Below, piece by piece: positions 35,700-49,380 of a stretch of 64,000 bases of DNA (within the stretch, counting starts at the first letter, position 1; each line of letters opens with the position of its first letter). The DNA comes from Ranitomeya imitator (taxonomy: Eukaryota). The stretch spans positions 137,826,001 to 137,890,000 of the forward strand of contig NC_091285.1 in assembly GCF_032444005.1 (NCBI RefSeq), given 5' to 3'. A program made the position numbers and the translations under genes. The notes beneath the pieces were generated by a model. It did no database searches. It saw only the letters and a program-made list of their open reading frames with translations, and had not been told where the DNA came from.

Positions 35700-38600
35700 A
35701 GAGTTCATGAAAAAGTTTGGACACCCCTGGTCAAAATTACTGTTATTGTGAACAGTTAAGCAAGTTAAAGATGACATGATTTCTAAAAGGGTTAAAAGGT
35801 AAAGATGACACATTTCCTTTGTATTTTAGGCAAAAAAATATATATTATATTATACAGGTACTTCTCACAAAATTAGAATGTAAAAACGTTAATTTATTTC
35901 AGTTTTTCAATACAAAAAGTGAAACTCATATATAGTCATTACAGAGTGATCTATTTCAAGTGTTTATTTCTGTTAATGTTGATTTTGTGTTTTTATTGGC
36001 TGTAAGGCTTTCACATTTGCGTTGAATGTTAAAGATAGGTACGCAGGACACATGACGACATAGGCGGAGCTGAATGGAAGTGCAGCAGTGGGCGGGGCTT
36101 AACGGAGGAACTACGCAGCCCTCCGCAGCTCTGCCCAACACAAATGTGAAACCAGCCTAAGCCAAAAGTCATTATCTCAGTAAATTAGAATACTTTATAA
36201 CACCAGCTTGACAAATGATTTAAAATCCAAAATGTTGGCCTACTGAAATGAATGTTCAGTAAATGCACTCAATACTTGGTCGGGGCTCTTTTTGCATCAA
36301 TTACTGCATCAATGCAGTGTGGCATGGAGGCAATCAGCCTGTGGCACTGCTGAGGTGTTATGGAAGCCCAGGTTGCTTTGATAGCTGCCTTCATCTGCAT
36401 TGTTGGGTCTAGTGTCTCATCTTCCTCCTGACTAGAGATAAGCCATTTAGTTTGGTTCCCTGCTTATTCAGCAAGCTATAGCGCTTACCAAATAAGCTGC
36501 AGGGAGAACCCGAATCCATGGAGTGCTCCGGCTGATCAGCTGTTTGGCTCCGCAGCTGAATAGGTCATGGGTGTGACAGTCACAACACATGCATGGAGAG
36601 CCTGCTTGTGGAGCTCTCCATGCATTTGTCACACAGCCGTGACACATGCAGCTGCGGTGCAGAACAGCTGATCAGCCAGAGCACTCCATGTATCCAGGTT
36701 CCCTCTGCAGCTTATTCGGTAAGCGCTATAGCTTGCGAAATACGGTAAGCAGGGAACCGAACAAATTAGCTCATCTCTTGATTCTCTGTAAGGGGATGTA
36801 AAGTTTACCTCTTTAACTTATATTAATATTACTGTGAATGGTTTAATGCCCATTTTTGGCAACTAGATGGGGGATATCCTAGTATGTTTAATATGGATAA
36901 GGTTTCCACACTGTAGATAGTTAACTGTATGAGGAAGGGAGCTTCCTGTTTAGAGCTCGGGTGGGCTATAGGCCCGGGCACCTGTAAGACCCCGTAACAT
37001 TAATCTCAAGGAAGTGCCTAGTCATCCAGTGTATAGGGAACAGCACAGAAGCAGCTACAGAAGTTACAGAAGATTGAGCTTCAAGTATGGAAGCTATAAA
37101 AGTGGACACGGCCAGATAGGCAGGTCGCTCACCATGTGGCAGGTTCTAGTCTGGGTAAATGCCCTCAGATCCGAGGCAAAACAGCTGAAGGAACATCCAG
37201 TGGAAGGGAGTCTGAACAGGGAGGACGCCGAGAAAACATACAATGCGGTACGACCTGATCTCGAGCTGTGTGACAGGGAGAAAAACGAGGGGAAAGCTGT
37301 AATGACGTGTAATGTGAAATCTGCTGAAAATGCTATGTTGAACTTGGATGTACTGCAAAGCTATGAAAGTAAAGTTCTGCGTTATGAGTTACTACTGGAC
37401 TGTGTCTCTGTTATTACACATATGGCCAAAGGTGACCCTGGAGAACTAAGGAAGAACCCTGACGGCGCAATGTATGGAGAAACAAGTAAGCTGAAAGTGA
37501 AACTTGATTTATATGTGGAGGGCGGTCAGGGCACTCAAAACATAAGTTCAGCCACGACTACGGCCCTGGCTGATCTCTATGGCCAGCAAACGTGCCTGAC
37601 CTTAACCCTTATCAAGCACAGTGTGGTACTTTTGGCAGTGTGGCCAGGTGCCAAGTCCTGCTGGAGAATGACATTTCCATCTCCAAAAAATCTCATCAGC
37701 AGATGGAACCATGAAGTGCTCTAAAATTTCCTGGTGGACGGCTGCACTGACTTTGGTCTTGATAACACAGCGGACCTACACCAGCAGATGACATGGCTCC
37801 CCAAACCATCACCAATTGTGGAAACTTCACACTAGATCTCAAGCAGCTTGGATTGTGTGCCTCTCCACTTTTCCTCCAGAATCTGGGACCAGGATTTGAT
37901 GTATTTTGAAAATAAATCCTGTGGACCAATGACGTTACAATAGAACTCTGTGGCACAATGATCAAAGGTATGCGTGGAGAAAAAAGGGCACAACCATTAA
38001 GCATTGTTTACTCAATCATGCATTGAGGCCGTGTTGCAACCAATGGCACGGGCAACATTTCACAGGTAGAGGGAAGAATGGATTTGATGACATTTCAAAT
38101 TCTTGATACAAGCAATGCTTGCTGTATATATTAAAAAAAACTGAAGTTGAAAAGATGGCTTCCACAAATAGATAATGATCCTAAACACACATCAAAATCA
38201 ACAATAAACTACCCCAAAAAGCATAAGCTGAAGGTTTTACAATGGCCCTCACAGTCCCCTGATCTAACCATCATTGAAAGTCTGTGGCTAGACCTCAAAA
38301 CAGCAGTGCATGCAAGATGACCCAGGAATCTCACAGAAGTGGAAGAATGGATGAAAATCTCTCAAACAAGAATTGAAAAAGACTCTTGGCTGGCTACAAA
38401 AAAGCGTTTACAAGCTGTAATAGTAAAGGTGCTGCTGCTAGGTACTATCAAACTTTTGCATAGACATTTTTCTTTGTTATTTTTAAAATGTAAAAGCTGA
38501 AAATATATATGTGTTGCCTAAAATACAAAGGAAGTGTGTCATCTTTAAAGGGACACTGTCACCTGAATTTGGAGGGAACAATCTTCAGCCATGGAGGCGG

Positions 38601-38951
38601 GGTTTTTGATTCACCCTTTCCTTACCCGCTGGCTGCAATATTGGATTGAAGTTCATTCTTTGTCCTCCGTAGTACATGCCTGCACAAGGCAATCTTGCTT
38701 TGCACAGGCGTGTACTATGGAGGACAGAGAATGAATTTCAATCCAATATTGCAGCCATCATGCAGCCAGCGGGTAAGGAAAGGGTGAATCAAAAACCCCA
38801 CCTCCATGGCTGAAGATTGTTCCCTCCAAATTCAGGTGACAGTGTCCCTTTAACTTCAGGTCTTTTAGAGATCATTTCATCTTCAACTTGGTTAGCTGTT
38901 CACAATAACAGTAATTTTGACCAGGGGTGCCCAAACTTTTACATGCCACTG
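35700..38951 (-). mobile_element. Composite decayed Tc1-like region with nested MITEs and an unassigned insert (about 36787-37560)
   Basis: TIR AAAAGTTTGG.CACCCCTGGTCAAAATTACTGTTATTGTGAACAG at both ends. Transposase remnants VMVWGAMSSAGVGPL at about 37700-37880. Confidence 0.65.
38549..38849. mobile_element. T2/Kolobok-type MITE inserted in a Tc1 TIR
   Basis: TTAA TSD on both sides. Same family as 1779-2097. Confidence 0.88.
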
Positions 38952-39242
38952 AAGCTAGTGCGGAATTGCAAGATTACTAATTCTTTTTAATACAAATTGT
39001 GAAAGGAGGGGAAAAAAATGATTGAAATGGAATGTTTCAGCAGGTTTTGCTATGTAATCTAAGAGCAGAATGGTGCAAGGACAGGGACCCGGATTCCAGT
39101 GATGACACTTACTAGCCTATGTTATGCGGTTTCAATAAAATCATTGTTTTATCAGCAGAAGATTATCACTAGAGAACTAGGTGTCTCCTGTAATCTGGTC
39201 CAACCATGCCCCACCACTGATGTGTATGTGCATATTGAGTTA

Positions 39243-39593
39243 CCGTATATACTCGTGTATTAGCCGAGATTTTCAGCACAATTTTTTGTGCTGAAAACAC
39301 CCCCCTTACCTTATACACGAGTCAATTGTCCAGAACGCTGGTGGGGGAGCAGCACAGCAGAGGCAGGAGCCGGCGGATCCAGCTGTCACTGTTCCACAGC
39401 CGAAGACATCATAATCACCCTCTGTCGCTGAATCTCCATTCCAGCACCTCTCTTCTACTGTGCTGAGCGCATATTCATTACCTTAATGAGCGGTACCAGA
39501 TGACCGCTGAGCAGAGAAGAGCCGCCGGGACAACGGAGATGCCGGCGCGAGGAGGGCGAATATGATGGTCGGCTTATACTTGAGTATATACGG
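39243..39593. mobile_element. TA-flanked MITE (Tc/mariner type)
   Basis: CCGTATATACTCG...TGAGTATATACGG TIRs with TA on both sides. Confidence 0.75.
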
Positions 39594-39996
39594 TAGCTTC
39601 TAATCGGTGGTGTGGACAGGGGTTATTATACAGCTCAGCATTCCAAGCTCTGCTTGGTATCCAACAGTGAACACCGATTCTATTGCTGCACAAAGGGTCT
39701 CAGCCCCACCGTCATGTTTTTACCAAATTACATAGCAAAAGTCTGCTGCCTGATTGTTTAAAGGGAATCACTGTCCTTTTCTGCCGATTGCTTTTCATCT
39801 AAATTTTGGTTATCCTAGTAGTAGGAGTTGGCCCCTATCCATGTTTGCTTAGTTTCTGTACAGATACTCAAAACCAATATTAACTGTTTTTCCATCTTTA
39901 GCTTGTATGGCATGGGGTAGATGTGTAATTACACTGACTCAATATGGGCTAAATCCACATTACGTGTTTGTAACCGTTGTTCACTTTGGCCTCTAA

Positions 39997-40321
39997 GGCT
40001 ATGTGCACACGTTCAGGATTTCTTGCAGAAAATTCCTGAGAATTCCGGACATTTTCTGCAAGAAAGCCGCATGCGTTTTTGCCACGGTTTTCTCCAGACA
40101 CTTCCCAATGCATTTTGGAGTGGGAAATCCGCAAAAAAAAACGGAAAATTAATGAACATGCTGCATTTTTTGCCGCGATGCGTTTTTTTCGCGGAAAAAA
40201 ACGCATCATGTGCACAAAACATGCGGAATTCATTCTAAATGATGGGATGCTTATTGTATGCGGTTTTATAGCGTTTTTATCGGGAAAAACCGCAAAAAAA
40301 CCGCAACGTGTGCACACAGCC
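39997..40321. mobile_element. Harbinger-type MITE
   Basis: GGCTATGTGCACACG...CGTGTGCACACAGCC termini with TAA flanks. Confidence 0.8.
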
Positions 40322-41406
40322 TAAGTGTTTCACGCTACTATGTGAATTTAGATCGGAAAGAAAGTACAAGCATTTCTACAGAACAAAAAAAACAAACCAC
40401 ATTTACTAAAATAGAAGTTACAATATTGAAGGAAAAAAAAAAAAAAAAAGCTTATTCTGAGGATATCCCCTTCTGTGCCCAAGTTTAAACACTCACAATA
40501 CAAGTAGTGCTAGGGCTAGGAATGTAAGTAAGCTGCTCATCTGAAATCGGGGGGCAACGTCCAGTCCCTACTGCTGGCGGGAGCGGAGGCGTCCTTCCAA
40601 CTAAAAGCTTGTGCTGTGCTAAGAGAAGATTAGCTAAGGCAGCTTGATCAAGATGCTTCTCTTCTTCAGCAAGTGCATGTAAGAGTTTGGACTTTTTACA
40701 ATGGGATATAAGTCATGTAAACATTAAACCTCCCAGAGATATTTTCCACATTTGATATTACTGTAAGCATCCATTTTGCGATTTTACTGGAAAAATATGT
40801 GAGACTAATAACCCTGGCGAATCCACTGATTGAAATCTCACATGCTTTCTTCCTGTAAGTGTTGCAGCATAGTTCTTAGACCTTTGTAGAGGATACAAAA
40901 TATATTTATAGTTGTTTACATGGGGTTCCTTTAAGTGCACACATAACAAAGTGCTTCTCATATGTCCAGGAGCGCCGTACAACCAGTGCACAGCAATGTG
41001 GCGACAGGAGCTCCAGCATTTATGTATGTACAATAAATATATGATCATGATGGCACTGAACATGGGATGAGAACTTCTGATGATGCCAGAAGAGAGTCAC
41101 ATCCGATATTAAAGTCCTCCTCTCTCCTAGAGCATGTAGCTGTGTGGATAAAGGATGTAGAGTTCATGGTAGACGTCGTAGGTAACCATCATAAAAGCTT
41201 TAGAGAGGGGGAAAAGAGGAAAAAAAAATACAAACTGCATCCACCTTTCCACAAAAAGAAATGCGCGATGCAAATCATTTGGACTCTGCCTTCATGGGAA
41301 GTTCCTTGAAGGTTTTCGGAGCTATGGCATTTTAGGAGTTGAATGTTTGCTAGTTGAGAATCATCATAAAGCTGTGTTATTGCTGGTCACGTTTCCGGCA
41401 CTGTGG

Positions 41407-41525
41407 TCATAGCCAGGCATGAGCTGGAGTAGAGTAACTGTGCTCCATGCCAGCGCTAAATGACACAAACAGGTCCCCTTCATTAGCTCCCAGGATGACG
41501 CCTTCCACATCTATTTCCAAGTCCT
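41407..41525 (-). CDS. MXD3: MAX dimerization protein 3, coding exon 6 (119 bp to stop); total CDS 606 bp, 201 aa
   Basis: EDLEIDVEGVILGANEGDLFVSFSAGMEHSYSTPAHAWL*, with TTTGCAG acceptor. Confidence 0.95.
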
Positions 41526-41611
41526 CTGCAAAGAAAAAAACATACACATATATAATTCAATGTAGTAGATTTTTACAGGGAACCAACCGTGGTCATGTTG
41601 CAGGTCCTCAC

Positions 41612-41786
41612 CTTGGTCAGAGTCCGAGCGCTCAGATGATAAGGTGGAAGAGTCCAGGCTGTCTGCTCGGATGCGTTCAGTGCTACTCGAGGGCAGAAGC
41701 TGCTTTAGTCTCTGTCGTAGCCTCTGTTGCTCGGACCGCAGTTTCTCTTTGATATTCTTTGCTCTTAGTTCCTGATCCTCCAGTTT
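41612..41786 (-). CDS. MXD3: MXD3 coding exon 5 (175 bp, leucine zipper)
   Basis: KLEDQELRAKNIKEKLRSEQQRLRQRLKQL...RADSLDSSTLSSERSDSDQ, with TAG acceptor and GTGAGG donor. Confidence 0.96.
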
Positions 41787-42031
41787 CTACAGTAGATTAG
41801 AAATGGTTATACTTCACACTTACTGTAACTACGGGTGCTTTCACACTGCATTTTGGCACCCGTTCATTGCTCCCGTCTGGACCCCACGCAAAACAAGATT
41901 TGGGTGCATGCGCCAGAGTGAACGTGTGCTCCGTCCTGCATCATCTTCAGGCAGGTACGCCTCCTGGAGACGGACACTCAACGCAGAATACTACATCCAG
42001 GCGGTGTACACATGCAAAAATGATGCCCACT

Positions 42032-42505
42032 AGTGATGAGCGAATATACTCGTTACCCGAGAACGCTTGGGTGGTCCTCCGAGTATTTTTTAGTGCTCGG
42101 AGATTTAGTTTTTCTTGCCACAGCTGAATGATTTACATATGTTAGCCAGCATAAGAACATGTGGCGATTCCCTAGCAACCAGGCAACTCCCACATGTAGT
42201 GATGAGCGAATATACTTGTTATTCAAGATCTCTCGAGCATGCTCGGGGGTCCTCAGAGTATTTTTTAGTGCTCCGAGATTTAGTTTTTCTTGCCGCAACT
42301 GAATGATTTACATCTGTTTGCCAGCTTGATTACATGTGGGGAATCCCTAGCAACCAGGCAACCCCCACATGTACTTATGCTGGCTAACAGATGTAAATCA
42401 TTCAGCTGCGGCAAGAAAACTAAATCTCCGAGCACTAAAAAATACTCGCAGGACCCCCGAGCATGCTCGAGAGATCTCGAGTAACAAGTATATTCGCTCA
42501 TTACT
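42032..42505. mobile_element. Two stacked AGTGATGAGCG-family MITEs; relatives at about 4381, 49510 and 50051-50357
   Basis: AGTGATGAGCGAATATACT...AGTATATTCGCTCAT termini. A second start at about 42200. Confidence 0.7.
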
Positions 42506-42586
42506 AATGCCCACACGTTCGCTGTCAGCACCCGGAGGGCGCAGAATGTGACTTCTAGACAAGTGTTCCCAGGTGCACGGACTCAC

Positions 42587-42701
42587 TTTAATGTGCTGTC
42601 TGGCTCGATGCAGGAGGCTGAGGGTGGTGTGACGGGACGTATCCACACTTAGAGGAACTTGCTGCTTCAGTTGTTCTAGACACCGCCGCAGCTGGGCTCT
42701 C
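42587..42701 (-). CDS. MXD3: MXD3 coding exon 4 (115 bp, HLH)
   Basis: [38 protein letters not shown], with TAG acceptor and GTGAGT donor. Confidence 0.96.
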
Positions 42702-42885
42702 CTACAAATAGAATTACTGAATGAATGGTTTGTACTTTATACCGCACACAAAACAGCAACATACTAAAAAGGGGATTTAAAGGATTGTGCAATTTACTAC
42801 AGAAATTAAAGGGATTACCGGTCTTTTGCTTCTGAATCCTCACATTGCCGGCACCGCAAATTGTCTGCAGTCACGTGACCACAAC

Positions 42886-43398
42886 NNNNNNNNNNNNNNN
42901 NNNNNNNNNNNNNNNNNNNNNNNNNNNNNNNNNNNNNNNNNNNNNNNNNNNNNNNNNNNNNNNNNNNNNNNNNNNNNNNNNNNNNNNNNNNNNNNNNNNN
43001 NNNNNNNNNNNNNNNNNNNNNNNNNNNNNNNNNNNNNNNNNNNNNNNNNNNNNNNNNNNNNNNNNNNNNNNNNNNNNNNNNNNNNNNNNNNNNNNNNNNN
43101 NNNNNNNNNNNNNNNNNNNNNNNNNNNNNNNNNNNNNNNNNNNNNNNNNNNNNNNNNNNNNNNNNNNNNNNNNNNNNNNNNNNNNNNNNNNNNNNNNNNN
43201 NNNNNNNNNNNNNNNNNNNNNNNNNNNNNNNNNNNNNNNNNNNNNNNNNNNNNNNNNNNNNNNNNNNNNNNNNNNNNNNNNNNNNNNNNNNNNNNNNNNN
43301 NNNNNNNNNNNNNNNNNNNNNNNNNNNNNNNNNNNNNNNNNNNNNNNNNNNNNNNNNNNNNNNNNNNNNNNNNNNNNNNNNNNNNNNNNNNNNNNNNN
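42886..43398. other. Assembly gap, 513 N
   Basis: Run of N in MXD3 intron 3. Confidence 0.99.
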
Positions 43399-43495
43399 TA
43401 TATAGAGAGATAGAGATAGAGATAGAGATAGATATATATATATATAGAGAGATAGATATATAGAGAGATAGAGATAGAGATAGAGATAGATATAA
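43399..43495. repeat. (AGAT)/(AG)/(AT) compound microsatellite next to the gap
   Basis: Seen directly in the sequence. Confidence 0.9.
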
Positions 43496-44878
43496 AAAAT
43501 CAGAGCACTCAGACCAGTATTCTTCTATGGAGCAGCTCACATAACCGTTTTTTCCTCGGCCGTTTTCAGTGTGCAAGTGAAATCGCAGCATGCTGCGATT
43601 GTCACCGACACTCGGCCGAGTCTCCGCTCATTCGCACCCATATAAGCCTATGGGTGCGAGTGAGACAACGCACAGCACGTCATCCGAGTGCTGTGCGTTA
43701 TACGCTGACCCCGGCAATGGAGGAGATGGAGAAATTCATTTCTACGCCTCCTCCACAGCTGTGCCTAGATCCGCTCTCTGCGAAAGGCTCGGAGCACAGA
43801 CACATGACACTGGGCTCCCGCTGACAGCAGAGCAGGCGCCGAGGGTCATTAGCATATCGCATCCCATGCGCTCGCATCCGATGCCATACGCTAGTGTGAC
43901 CCCAGCCTTACAAGTGAAGAGAGGATAATTACATCTAAGTATGCAAATCACATACTTGATGTCACGTGACTGCCTGGTCTTGCTGCAGACACTGGAGAAT
44001 CCTGACAGCGTACGGTGTGCACACTGTAAGGATTCAGAAGTCTACAGTCACTATGTGTAGCCAAAGCCCAGGCAATCTCTCTAAATATCTCAGAGATAAA
44101 TAAATAAATTGTGACTGCTAGAACTGCACCAATCCAAAGACTTTTCTCCTTCTTCAGAGTTAATACACACACAGCAGATATGTTGCAGAAATCAGTTGGG
44201 AGTTCAAAAGATCTCTGTTTTGGTGGAGCTGATGAAACTGATGTGAAGACACCAAAAATTACAAAATTATTGGGCAACTCTGTTATTCAAAAATTGTGAC
44301 TTTTCTGGCTTAATCTCTTTAATGAATCAGGGCCATAGTTTTCCGCAAGCCTCTTTCATTGGAGGCCGTGTTCCCACGATGAGTATTTCATGTTGCAGTT
44401 GGGTTACTTGTGTTTTTTTTCATTGTGGTTTTTGGGGTATCGTGTTTTACATAAAGCTGCTTTGTGTTTGATACTTGCTGGTATTTGGCTTTGACAAAAC
44501 TTTAAAATAGTCATGTGTAGACTACATGCTTTTTAGTGTAATGGCACTAAAACACTGGTTTTTTAGCTACAGATTTTCCAAATCTAATGCAAGTCTATGG
44601 GGAAAATCAGCACATAAGATCAGAATTTTATAAATCCCATCAAAAACTCAGGGCGGAAACTTCACCCAATAGTCCTGGAAAATTCTGCAACAAATCTACT
44701 GCATGTAAACGTACCCCTAAAGTTCGTAGTTTTTTTTGTAGCTTTAGACCAGTTTCACATACAGCGTTTCATGTTGTTGAAGCTTAACACACACAAACAC
44801 ACACATATTCTCGCCCTGCCAACATTTACATTGAAATGGGACTGCCAACCTTTGGGGACAAATAGTTTAGTTACTTAA

Positions 44879-45364
44879 AGGGAATCTGTCACCCCAAAAA
44901 TCATATATGAGATGAGGCCACCGGCATCAGGGGCTTATCTACAGCATTCTGTACAGTGCGGTGCCTCCTATCTTCATACGATGACGTCCTCTTCTTGTTT
45001 TCCTGCCGCAGCTCCAGCGCAGGCGTACTTTTCCCTGTTGAGGGCAGAGCAAAGTACTGCAGTGCGCAGGTGCCGGGAAAGGTCAGAGAGGCCCAGCGCC
45101 AGCACACTGCAGTACTTTGCTCGGCCCTCAACAGGGCAAATCAGTACGTCTGCACCGGAGCGTGAAGATAAGAAGAGGACGGACCGGACCATGACGCCCA
45201 TCAGACCAGATCGGGAACACCCCTGGATGAGTATAATCTAACCTCCTTTTCTCATCTTTCAGGATACATCGGGGGCTTATCTACAGCATTACAGAATGCT
45301 GTAGATAAGCCCCTGATGCCGGTGGGCTTAGCTCACCTTCGATTTTGGGGGTGACAGGTTCCCT
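44879..45364. mobile_element. T2/Kolobok-type MITE
   Basis: AGGGAATCTGTCACCCC...GGGGTGACAGGTTCCCT with TTAA TSD. Another AGGG-starting element follows the right TTAA. Confidence 0.85.
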
Positions 45365-45540
45365 TTAAAGGGATGGTCCGGAACTAAAAATTATTTTAAT
45401 CCTAAATGCCTCGCTCTCTCTTTTCTAACGTACTTTAATTTTGAAGTTCCTACCGTTCGCTCACTACTCTTCTTTATTTTTTTTACTACTTCGTTTTCGA
45501 TGTTTAACTGGCCAAGCATGTACTGGGAATCTCAAACAAA

Positions 45541-45880
45541 GCATCATCAGGGGGCAGAGGCTGCGATCACCGTCACAGCCCCTCCCTAACACTAAGCGTC
45601 ATCAGGGGACAGAGGCTGCGATCACTGTCACAGCCCCTCCCCAACACTAAGCGTCATCAGGGGACAGAGGCTGCGATCACTGTCACAGCCCCTCCCCAAC
45701 ACTAAGCGTCATCAGGGGACAGAGGCTGCGATCACTGTCACAGCCCCTCCCCAACACTAAGCGTCATCAGGGGACAGAGGCTGCGATCACCGTCACAGCC
45801 CCTCCCCAACACTAAGCGTCATCAGGGGACAGAGGCTGCGATCACTGTCACAGCCCCTCCCTAACAGTAAGAGTCATCAG
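45541..45880. repeat. 55-bp minisatellite, 6 copies
   Basis: Unit GCGTCATCAGGGGACAGAGGCTGCGATCACTGTCACAGCCCCTCCCCAACACTAA. Confidence 0.95.
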
Positions 45881-48800
45881 TACTGTCTGTTTCAGGGTCT
45901 GGGCTAGAAATTAGGTTTGACCTTATGCTCTGCCACTGTATATTTCTAATTTTTTTTGCTGCTCTCTGTCACCCATGTTTTTATCTGAATAAAGCATTTT
46001 TTTATGGAAGATAAGAGTGCTGGCTTTAACACTGATCCTGAGCCCGCACCTTTCCAGGCACACGACAGCTGAATTATACAGATGACATGTGCCCGCAACT
46101 GCCGCGGGTGGAATAACGATCCACCAGCGGCTGTTAACTAGTTAAATACCGCTGTCAATCTAGGACGCCATCAATTAACTCGCGCTTACAGGAAGCGTGT
46201 CACTAATCCCCCCCATCGGTGACCCCGTCACATGATTGTGGGTCACCGATTGGATGGCATGATAACCAGAGATCTGCAGCAGACCTCTGGTCGTCATTGC
46301 CAGATTGCTATGAGCGCAGCCCAGTGATCGGCACTCAGAGCAAGTGAGCATTTCTGCTACACACAGGCAAATCGGATCACCACCTGTGTGTAGCAGAGGC
46401 GATCGCAGTACTGCAGCTTCTAGTCTCTAGTCTAACCCCAAGTGTTGTTTTTAAAAATATAAAAATGTTCAAATCACCCCTCTTTTGCCCCATTCAAAAT
46501 AAAACAAATAAAAATCAAATATACATACCGTATTTGGTATCGCCGCATTCAGAATTGCCCAATCAATATAAAAATAATAATTTACCCGTTCGCTAAACGG
46601 CGTAACAAGAAAAAAATTAAAACCCCCGATATATAGCGACCTCTATGGTTGTCACTGCTGGATTGCTATGAGTGCCGCCCAGTGGTTGCTGCTCATACCA
46701 AGTGAGCATTTCTGCTATATACAGGCGATCTGATCATCGCCTATATGTAGCAGAGCTGATCAGATTATGGCAGCTTGTAGTTTCCCATGGAGACTATTGA
46801 AGCATGCCAAAAGTAAATAGAAAAAAAATAAAAATAAAAAACAAATGCACATATTTGGTATCGCCGTGTTCAGAATCCCCCAATCAATATAGAAAAAGGA
46901 TTAACCTGATCGCTAAACGGCGTAACGAGAAAAAAAAAAAGTCAAAACACCAGAATTACGTTTCTTTGGTTGCCGCAACATTGCATTAAAATGCAATAAC
47001 GGGCAATCAAAAGAACGCATCTGCACCAAAATGGTATAATTAAAAACGTCAGCTCTGTGTGAAAAAAAAAAAAAAAAAAAGGAAAAAAAAAAAAGCCCCC
47101 ATCCAACCCGAGATCATGAAAAACGGAGACGCTATGAGGATCAGAAAAATGCGCAATTTTTTTTTTTTTTTAATCACAAACTTTGGATTTTTTTGACCAT
47201 TTAAAAAAAAAAAAAAAAAAAAAGGAACCTAGACATGTTTAGGGTCTATGAACTTGTAATGACCTGGAGAATCATAATGGCAGGTCAGTTTTAGCATTTA
47301 GTGAACATGGTAAAAACAAATAAAAAAAAAATCCAACTGTGGGATTGCACTTTTTTTTGCAATTTCACTGTACTTGAATTTTTTTCCCGTTTTCTAGTAC
47401 ACTATATGTTAGAACCAATGGTGTCGTTCACAAGTACAACTCGTCCCACAAAAAAAAAGCCCTCATATGGCCATCGTGACCAAAAAAATAAAAAAAAAGT
47501 TATGGCTCTGTGAAGAAGGGGGAGCAAAAACTGAAAAAGCAAAACCAGCAGCCAGTACTTAACGTAGGGAGCAGTCCATTTTGAATTCAGAGGTAGAGGG
47601 CTGCTCCCTTAGCCTCACTATTCAGGGTGGGCTCTCTTATAGCCCCTGGCCAGTCTGTGCATTGCAGTCTGCTCAAACCATGTTACAGTAAACCCTGCAT
47701 GAGCCCTTACAATTAGGGTATGTTTCCACGGTCAGGAAACGCTGCAGATTGGACGCTGCGTACAGCCGCAGCGTCCAAATGTTACAGCATAGTGGATGGG
47801 ATTTTATGAAATCCTGTCTCCACTATGCATTCAAAGATGCAGGCAGCAGACCTGCGTATTCGCATGTGTGGCACGTCTTTATAGACCACAGCATGTCTAT
47901 TTACGAGCGTCTCCACAAGATAAATTACACAGTCTATGTATAGGATGCGGTGACTCCGCACGGTACAATCAACACATGCAGAATCACCGCGCGTTCAAAA
48001 GCCGGTGCGTCCAAAGCGCTGCCAATCCGGCCCGTTACAAGTGGCCCTTTGAAGTCATCCATAATGCTGATGTGGCCTTCAGTGAATATGAGTTTGACAC
48101 CCCTGTTATAAGAGGACAGATCATCCCAGGTACAAATCCCTAACCAAAAATTAAGTTTAAAAAAAAAAAATAAAAAAAAATAAATAAAAAAAAAAAAAAA
48201 AAAAAATCGGTGAAAATATACAATAAATGCTGCAAAGAGGAAAAAAAAAATCAAACTGGCAAAATTGTGTTTTTTTCTGTCAGCACATGTCCTTAAAAAA
48301 GCAATAAAAACCTATCAATACATTGCATGCCCCCAAATTAGCATCAATAAGGCAGTCCGCTCCTCACGCAAAATCTCAACAAAATCATGGAGAATCATGA
48401 ATTATTTCCACCATTTTCTCCCACCTTGAATTTTCCCGTTTTCCGGTATGGTAAAATGAAGGATGTCAATCAAAACTACAAATCATCCTGCAAAAAATAA
48501 AAAACCCTCATATGGCTGTGTCAACAGAAAGATAAAAAAGTTGCCGTTAATGGACGAAGGAGAAGGCAAAAGGCAATGAAAAAACAAAAATTGGCGATGG
48601 ATTAAGAGAGCCCAACGGCACACTCCTAGGTGGAGCAGCTTTAAGAGGGTAGATGTGCACGAGCAGTCAGGATAGATCCGAGTGATGATGGCGTCATCCT
48701 GCAGTTCAGAAGAAGTCCTCCATACGGGGGGTCTTGACCTGTCTACAGTAGGTATCATGTGATGGACTGGACCAGATGACACATGGCACAGCTGCCAAGT

Positions 48801-49380
48801 ATTATTGGATGCAATAGAGTTAGGATGCCCAGCCTGTGGCAGAGCTTCATTGGGTTGAGAATGCCACAAAACCTGTCCAGGTATGTGCACACGATCCGTA
48901 ATCGCTGCGGGTAGGATTCTGTGTACTTATGCAGCATCAAACCCGCAGCAGCCAGATGTTATAGCATAGTGGATGGGATTTCAAGAAATCTCATGCCCAC
49001 TATGCGTCCACAGACACACGCAGATCACCTGCGAAGGTGGACATGCACTGCAGCTTGTCAATATCTCCGCAACAGAAATTTCACCAATAGAATGTGTTGA
49101 ATGCGGTGAAACCGCACAGTTCAGTGAACACATGCAGACTCACCTGCGTTCTAAAGAAGGCAGCGCTTTGGACCCAGTGAACGTGCGCTGCGCCCAAAGT
49201 GCTGCGACTTCCAAATCGTGTGCTCCCGGCCTCAGTGATGGTAACGACTGGTTGGGAAACAGTCGAGATCAAAGCTCTTTCTAATCCCAGCTAGTGCGCC
49301 ACCCTTCTCTGCTGTAACTATACTGTACATGTGCGGAAGGAGGAAATACAATAAACAGAATTTAATACAAAATTACTCAC

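Noticed and set aside
37014-37724. 236-aa ORF
   Set aside because: No recognisable domain. It runs from an unassigned insert (possibly a solo LTR, with no TSD found) into antisense Tc1 sequence.
42787-43591. ORFs spanning the N run
   Set aside because: Artefacts of the assembly gap.
45541-45880. CTGATGA repeated on the - strand of the 55-bp minisatellite as hammerhead cores
   Set aside because: No stem II followed by GAAA. Other isolated CTGANGA hits (for example 16633, 30780 and 52125) fail in the same way.
46100-48600. Further repeat-like, A-rich segments in MXD3 intron 3
   Set aside because: Probably decayed DNA-transposon fragments, but no termini or TSDs could be fixed with confidence.
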